Source: Bythopirellula sp. | GTDB taxonomy: Bacteria; Planctomycetota; Planctomycetia; Pirellulales; Lacipirellulaceae | Assembly: GCA_965216565.1 (NCBI GenBank) | Contig: OZ244170.1 | Location: forward strand, 4,224,001-4,288,000 | Direction of reading: 5' to 3' | DNA length: 64,000 bases | In this document: in pieces, positions 58,590 to 64,000 of the stretch | How positions within the stretch are numbered: the first letter of the stretch is position 1 | How the letters are laid out: the number at the start of each line of letters is the position of its first letter | Program-made: the position numbers and the translations under genes | Notes under the pieces: generated by a model | Databases searched by the model: none | What the model was told of the DNA's origin: nothing | Seen by the model: only the letters and a program-made list of their open reading frames with translations

Positions 58590-59606
58590 ATGTCTCAAGC
58601 ATTGGTCACAGGAGCGACGGGCTTTGTTGGTTCAAACCTTGTGGAGCAATTGCGTAGTCGCGGTTGGGATGTCAATTGTTTGGTCCGCGACTCCAACCGA
58701 GCACAGCACTTGGGAGATCTTGGCGCGAAACTAAGCCCCGGCGAATTGGGCGATCGAAAGAGCCTCGATCAGGCCATGAAAGACTGCGATGTGGTGTATC
58801 ACGTCGCCGCCAGGGTGCATGCACTCAACGAGTCGCAATTCCAGCGCGACAATGTGACGGGGACCAGGAACGTGGTCGAAGCCTGTGCCGCTTGCGACAA
58901 CATACCCACCTTGGTTTATGTTAGTTCGTTGGCTGCCGGGGGACCTAGTCAACCTGGGCAGCCCAAATCTGAAGCCGACGAAGAGCATCCAGTATCGTCC
59001 TACGGCGAAAGCAAGCTGGCTGCTGAACGAGTTCTGCAGACGTTTGCTGGGAAGGTGCCGGTGTCGATCGTCCGTCCGCCTATTGTGTTTGGTCAGCGCG
59101 ACACGTCGAGTTTGGCAATCTTTAAGGGCGTCAAGAATTTGCATCTACACCTGGTCCCTGGCTGGCGCAGTTTCCCAGTTTCGGTAGTTCATGTGACCGA
59201 CCTTTGCGATGCACTGATTCGAGTGGGTGAAAAAGGTGAGCGACTTTCGCCCCGTCCGGATGATTGCTCGGTCGACGCTTCGGGAAAATACCATGTGGCA
59301 GCCGAACGTACGCTGCACTACGGGGAACTGGGGCACTTAGCAGGCAAGTCACTTGAGTGTGCGGCGATTGCTTTGCACGTACCACGGTTCATGATGTGGA
59401 TCGCCGGAGGGTGGGTCGAGCTGGTCGGCCAGGTGAAGGGTCAACCAGGTATATTAAATCTCGATAAAGTGCGCGAAGCCGTAGCAAGCGGTTGGGAATG
59501 TTGCGACGAAAAGATCCGTAACGAACTCGGCTATCGGCCTGCAGCAACACTTGAGGAACGATTTGACGAAACGGCCCAGTGGTATCGCCAAGCCGGGTGG
59601 CTATAA
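58590..59606 (+). CDS. NAD-dependent epimerase/dehydratase (extended SDR), possibly CerR-like
   Basis: LVTGATGFVG, VYHVAA, NVTGT, YVSSLAAGGP, YGESK (YxxxK), IVRPPIVFG. Confidence 0.88.
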   Translation: MSQALVTGATGFVGSNLVEQLRSRGWDVNCLVRDSNRAQHLGDLGAKLSPGELGDRKSLDQAMKDCDVVYHVAARVHALNESQFQRDNVTGTRNVVEACAACDNIPTLVYVSSLAAGGPSQPGQPKSEADEEHPVSSYGESKLAAERVLQTFAGKVPVSIVRPPIVFGQRDTSSLAIFKGVKNLHLHLVPGWRSFPVSVVHVTDLCDALIRVGEKGERLSPRPDDCSVDASGKYHVAAERTLHYGELGHLAGKSLECAAIALHVPRFMMWIAGGWVELVGQVKGQPGILNLDKVREAVASGWECCDEKIRNELGYRPAATLEERFDETAQWYRQAGWL

Positions 59607-59664
59607 GATAAGTCTCGAAGAGAATTCGAGGCGCTGGGCCCGTTTTTTAAGAAGGCAATAAATA

Positions 59665-60990
59665 ATGGTTGAACAGCCTAAGGTGCGACAGGAAGATCTC
59701 GAAATCACCGTTCTCGGGCCGCGAGAGGTTCGTTCGCCGCTGCGGAGATCCTCAAAAATGGACATAGGCCTCAGCAGCTTTACGCCCGATGACATGCGTG
59801 TGCTTTATGAGCCACGGTTCCGGCTACGCGAAGCAATTTGCAAGACTTCCTTTGAGCGCGCTGGAGCCCGCCAAGAAATCTTCTTTCAACCAGAAAAAAC
59901 TACTGCCGCCGTGGTCACTTGCGGGGGTCTCTGTCCTGGTATCAACAATGTGATCCGAGCACTCGCCCACGAACTGCAGTTCAACTACGGGGTGAAGCGT
60001 GTCTTGGGTATCCGCTATGGATATCGTGGGTTGGGGCCGGAATCGGAGCGTCCTCCGCTTGAGTTGACTCCGGAGGCTGTGGAAGACATCCATCACCTCG
60101 GGGGATCAATACTGGGGAGTTCACGCGGACATCAGGATCCTGCTGAGACCGTCAATTATCTGGAACAAGCTGGAATCGATATATTGTTCTGCATCGGAGG
60201 CGACGGCACCCAGCGGGGGGCACACGATATTGCTCAAGAAGTCAGCCGTAGGAAACTGCCTATTGGAATCGTTGGCATTCCCAAGACCATCGATAACGAC
60301 ATCAAATTTTGCTATCGCACATTCGGATTCTACACGGCAGTTGCGGAGGCAGAACGGGTCATCGATTGTGCGCATGTTGAGGCGAAGGGTGCGCTGAATG
60401 GCGTGGGGCTAGTGAAACTGATGGGTCGCGAAGCAGGGTTCATAGCCGCCGCGGCCACTGTGGCTAGTGGCGAAGCAAATTTTACGCTGATTCCAGAAGA
60501 GTCGTTCGAGCTAGAAGGCGAGAACGGTTTTCTGCCAGCCCTTAAGCGACGTCTGGGATCTCGGCAACACGCGGTGGTAGTTGTCGCAGAAGGCGCGGGA
60601 CAAAATCTCCTTGCGGATGCTGGTTTCGAGTGTGATGCTTCAGGCAATCGACGCCTGGGAGACATTGGATTGTTCTTGAAACAACAGATCATTGATTACG
60701 GGAAACGAGAGGAATTTCCAATTGAGGTGAAATACTTCGACCCTAGCTACTACATCCGCAGTGTCCCTGCGAAACCTGCGGATAGCCTGCTCTGCGAAAA
60801 CTTGGCACGTCGTGCAGCCCATGCTGGGATGGCAGGCAAGACCGACCTGTTAATAGGCATGTGGCATAATCACTTAATCCACGTGCCATTAGCTGTTTCA
60901 ACAGGGGCCAAGAAGCGGCTTTCTACAGACGGCGAGCTATGGACTTCTGTGCTGTCGATCACAGGTCAACAGCAATGGCAGCAACCGTGA
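59665..60990 (+). CDS. pfkA: ATP-dependent 6-phosphofructokinase
   Basis: VTCGGLCPGINNVIR, GGSILGSSRG, IGGDGT, IPKTIDND, KLMGR, VVAEGAG, DPSYYIRS. Confidence 0.92.
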   Translation: MVEQPKVRQEDLEITVLGPREVRSPLRRSSKMDIGLSSFTPDDMRVLYEPRFRLREAICKTSFERAGARQEIFFQPEKTTAAVVTCGGLCPGINNVIRALAHELQFNYGVKRVLGIRYGYRGLGPESERPPLELTPEAVEDIHHLGGSILGSSRGHQDPAETVNYLEQAGIDILFCIGGDGTQRGAHDIAQEVSRRKLPIGIVGIPKTIDNDIKFCYRTFGFYTAVAEAERVIDCAHVEAKGALNGVGLVKLMGREAGFIAAAATVASGEANFTLIPEESFELEGENGFLPALKRRLGSRQHAVVVVAEGAGQNLLADAGFECDASGNRRLGDIGLFLKQQIIDYGKREEFPIEVKYFDPSYYIRSVPAKPADSLLCENLARRAAHAGMAGKTDLLIGMWHNHLIHVPLAVSTGAKKRLSTDGELWTSVLSITGQQQWQQP

Positions 60991-61051
60991 TCAGACGAGC
61001 TTCAGCCTGAACAGCTTTGACGGTGCAATTCCAAGTTTCCGCTAGCCAAGA

Positions 61052-62350
61052 TCAAAAGAATGGGTTTTCGTCGTCGGGATCTTCTTCTGGTTCTTCTTCG
61101 GGTTGGAAAGGACTATCCTCAAACGCTCTCGGTTCTTCAGGCGCAACTTCCGCAGTTCCTGGACGAGCAAAGGGGTTTTCGTCCTCTTCAGGTGCTTCCT
61201 CTTTTTCCTCAGCAGGCAGAAGTCGATAGTAGGTAGGCTCGGTCGTCCCCGTCTCTCTGAGGCATTGAACTAGTCCACGGTTATTTACCAAGAATAGGCT
61301 ATCCGACTTGTCGTTGACCAATGCAGTCGTGCCCGTGCCGGCGTCCAATTGCCCCAAGACTCCGCCGGTTTCTTTTTCCAGCACGACAAGATTTCCATAC
61401 CGATCCAAGCCATAAACATTTTTTGCACCTTCGGAGGCAAATTGAGCGATGCCTTGCACCTCCCATCGGGGCTGACCCGTTTCGAAATGCACGGCATGCA
61501 AGGCGGGTTCTTCACTGGCGACGTAGGCCGTTCTCGCCACAACTGCTGGCCTTTTTACAATCGGATGTCCCGTGGAGTATCGCCAAACCTCGGCACCGGT
61601 TAACTCATGCACGCAGTAGATATAACCGTCCCGCGACGTGACGTATAAGTAAGGTTCTAGCTCGGCCGGTTGGGCGACGATTTCGGCATTGGTTTCTACC
61701 CGGTATAGCACACGCGGTCTATTTGCTTGAGACACATAGAGATAGCCACGATCGGTAGGCCAGGTAACAACCTTGCCAGTGGCTGTGGGTGCGTAGAAAA
61801 TTCGACCAATCGATTGATGGTACCAAGCATCTTGGGTTGGATCTTCTAGCGAGTAAGCTTCTACAGTCCCGTTGAACATCGCGGCGAAGACATACTCCTC
61901 GCTAAGTATTGGGGCAGCTGCGGGTGCGCCCCCCAATCGCTGAGTAATCCGCAAGTGGCCGCTCTTCACATCAAACAGATGAAGATAGGTGCCATTGATG
62001 ACGGCTACATACTGATCGTTCGCTTCCATGCCAACAAAGGAGTCGTGTCGCGAGGGAACCCGAACAGTCCAAGCCGTCGCCCCAGTCTCCGCGTCAAGTG
62101 CTTGGAGTGTTCCTCCTGACGACAGCGAATAGAGACGATCGTTATGAAGCTTCCAATTAACAATACGATTTCGAGATACATCGACACCAACTTGCGCGAA
62201 CCAAACTCGCTGTAATCCAAGCCGTTGGGCTTGATTGGTTTGGATGAGCTCCGAGCAGTGACCAGTGCTGGATAAACAGAATCCCAGCACGGTGGCCGTC
62301 AAGCATCTGGCGAAAGCACTGTTGAACATATCCCCTAGTTTTCCATGCAT
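61052..62350 (-). CDS. PQQ-like beta-propeller repeat protein (BamB-like) with acidic tail
   Basis: Signal peptide; repeats ALDAETGATAW, CVHELTGAEVW, AVHFETGQPRW; tail EEDENPF...DDENPFF. Confidence 0.8.
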   Translation of the reverse strand: MHGKLGDMFNSAFARCLTATVLGFCLSSTGHCSELIQTNQAQRLGLQRVWFAQVGVDVSRNRIVNWKLHNDRLYSLSSGGTLQALDAETGATAWTVRVPSRHDSFVGMEANDQYVAVINGTYLHLFDVKSGHLRITQRLGGAPAAAPILSEEYVFAAMFNGTVEAYSLEDPTQDAWYHQSIGRIFYAPTATGKVVTWPTDRGYLYVSQANRPRVLYRVETNAEIVAQPAELEPYLYVTSRDGYIYCVHELTGAEVWRYSTGHPIVKRPAVVARTAYVASEEPALHAVHFETGQPRWEVQGIAQFASEGAKNVYGLDRYGNLVVLEKETGGVLGQLDAGTGTTALVNDKSDSLFLVNNRGLVQCLRETGTTEPTYYRLLPAEEKEEAPEEDENPFARPGTAEVAPEEPRAFEDSPFQPEEEPEEDPDDENPFF

Positions 62351-62693
62351 GTGTTTTGGAATCCGAATATAGCCGCGGAAAAGTTGTTAATACTTGATAC
62401 CAAGTCTTATTCTAGTCAGAACTTATCGATGCAGCAAAAAGCTTAAGTCATCGATTATTGGCTCTTCGCTGGCAATAAGTCCCTCTATCCCAAGAGGTAG
62501 CGCTACTAACAGCACACAGGCCAGATTTGGCATCTAGACCATCTTGGTAGCCGTCCTCTACGATAAACACCGATAAACGCAGCCAAAATAGCCTTCAGCC
62601 AATGGGTCATCGCGACCTGCGAATGTCGTCCTCAGACGAACGCCCCGTGTCAGAAGCGATGCTATTCTTTCGGAACCTGGATTAGAACTTGCC

Positions 62694-64000
62694 GTGACCA
62701 AACCTGCCCGCCAACTCAGTTCCCAGATGTCGACTATTCTGGAAGAGGTGGTTGGATATCTAAATTTTTCCTCGGGGACAAGCGACGCAAAGTTTCTGCG
62801 GAACATCAACCTGCTCTACGCGGAGTTGGAAGATGGCCAGCCCTCAGCAGACACGCACCAGCAGCTGAGTGAGATGCTGCTGGAAACAATTTCTCGTTTG
62901 CAGAAAAATGGGAAGGCATTTGAGAATATCGAGCAGGCAGAGACCGTAGTTCAATTGTTGAGCGGCCAACTTCTGCATGCATATCGCGAATTCCACATAG
63001 ACTTGCTCTTCCATCAATCCGATGCCGGCTTGTGGCGACCGTTTTTTGTGGGTCGGGCCTTGGAAGCATTGGTCTCGCAGGGAGGGCCCTGGGAGGAGCA
63101 CGACCGAATTGTGCAAGGCGCAATTGCACAAATGAACGACTACGTTGGTTATCGCCCTGTGGCGACCTTAACTAGCGGCAATCAGTCAATGCCGTATGCA
63201 CACGAGTTTGTGCGACCCATCCCGCTCTTCATTCGCGGAGCGGGTGTTGCCGTGGGGCGGTACGAGAAAATCATTTCCTTAGCGCTGGATATTTTGGCCA
63301 ATACAGATGAGGATCTTTTAAACCGCGCTTGGTTCGATTTGGAAAGATTGGAAGAGGTAGCGCTTGACCCACGCGAATACGATTTCGATCACCCGGCAAA
63401 CCGTCGGCCCAACTACCACTTCGGTCAGTGGGATCCTAATCGGATTTCGAATTCCGGATATTACACACGTATGGTTTTGCAGCAGGTGACGCTTGATGCC
63501 CTGCTTTCGCGTTGCAAGGATGAGGATTGTTCAGAGGAAACGCGCGAGAATCACATCCACGAGGCGGCTGCGGTGCTGGCTGGTACCATCCTGATGGCCT
63601 CGGGTACGAGCGGTGACGGACCTGGCCGGCACGATTCCACCGTCACGCTCTCCACACTACTACCTCACATTGCATCGTATCGCGACGACTTTTACGAGCA
63701 ATTGCTGTTGAACACGGAGGGATCGCTAGGTGAACATTTGCGAGAAGAAGCAAAGCGATTCCGGCAGCCCTTTGGCGCGGCCCGCCAGCACTTGAATCAT
63801 GAGTTGGCTCGTCGACGCGCCAAACAAATGCAGCATGTCCATCTGTCGCATCTATTTGCGCGCCTTGGATATCCGCATGCTGCACAGCGTGAGGCGGAAC
63901 TGGTGCGGGTGCCAGCCGCGCGGATGTTGAGTGAAATCTACGGGCGCTTGACAGGTGGTCACGATGCCATCGACGACGGACAACTCGACCAGGTGGTGCA
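62694..64000 (+). CDS. Large hypothetical protein, truncated by the window end
   Basis: Not in the ORF track because no stop falls in the window. Open frame from GTG 62694/ATG 62727: MSTILEEVVGYLNFSSG...DLLFHQ...NDYVGYRPVA...YDFDHPANRRPNYHFGQWDP. Confidence 0.8.
   Translation, partial: MTKPARQLSSQMSTILEEVVGYLNFSSGTSDAKFLRNINLLYAELEDGQPSADTHQQLSEMLLETISRLQKNGKAFENIEQAETVVQLLSGQLLHAYREFHIDLLFHQSDAGLWRPFFVGRALEALVSQGGPWEEHDRIVQGAIAQMNDYVGYRPVATLTSGNQSMPYAHEFVRPIPLFIRGAGVAVGRYEKIISLALDILANTDEDLLNRAWFDLERLEEVALDPREYDFDHPANRRPNYHFGQWDPNRISNSGYYTRMVLQQVTLDALLSRCKDEDCSEETRENHIHEAAAVLAGTILMASGTSGDGPGRHDSTVTLSTLLPHIASYRDDFYEQLLLNTEGSLGEHLREEAKRFRQPFGAARQHLNHELARRRAKQMQHVHLSHLFARLGYPHAAQREAELVRVPAARMLSEIYGRLTGGHDAIDDGQLDQVV

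Noticed and set aside
62517..62550. CAGGCCAGATTTGGCATC and TAGACCATCTTGGTAG resemble the glycan-locus operator
   Set aside because: One has mismatched half-sites and the other has a 3-bp rather than 4-bp spacer; they are far from the locus and probably chance
137..63885. Numerous 60-200-aa ORFs antisense to or nested within long genes
   Set aside because: Shadow ORFs expected at this GC content; no recognisable motifs except the IS3 fragment

Overview
Bacterial DNA, most likely from a planctomycete (Pirellulales, Lacipirellulaceae-like). The inference rests on DUF1559 prepilin-like genes, 'FExLExRxLL' planctomycete extracellular N-termini, PEP-CTERM tails and short dockerin-like 'GDFD..VDG.DFL.WQ' motifs. 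The window has two parts. (1) About 1-43.9 kb is visibly less GC-rich (roughly 50% versus about 60% in single lines counted by hand) and looks like an accessory island ending in an excisionase-like HTH gene and a tyrosine integrase. Its first 34 kb form a polysaccharide-utilisation locus, probably for a sulfated alpha-mannan-type glycan: GH38, GH92, GH99, two GH99/GH71-like domains (one fused to a sulfatase), two further sulfatases, an EEP phosphoesterase, a CotH kinase, PEP-CTERM and DUF1559 surface proteins, an SSS symporter and a GntR-LacI regulator. Every predicted transcription unit in this locus carries the same 18-bp palindrome YA(G/T)ACCA-N4-TGGT(A/C)YA over its promoter. An IS3 relic, an RND pair and a DUF4230 gene follow. 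(2) About 44-64 kb is core-like genome: YyaL, larC, MazG-like, ATP-grasp, YfcE, rimI, GT2/GT-C, Gfo/Idh/MocA, pfkA and a PQQ-type propeller. This part also holds a pseudo-receiver protein with a KaiA/RsbU-N-like C-terminus, a bCerS/CerR-like divergent pair, a GGA-rich rimI leader and several small palindromic or short-period repeat elements. No rRNA, intact tRNA or CRISPR array was seen. All family calls are by-eye motif recognition; no searches were run.
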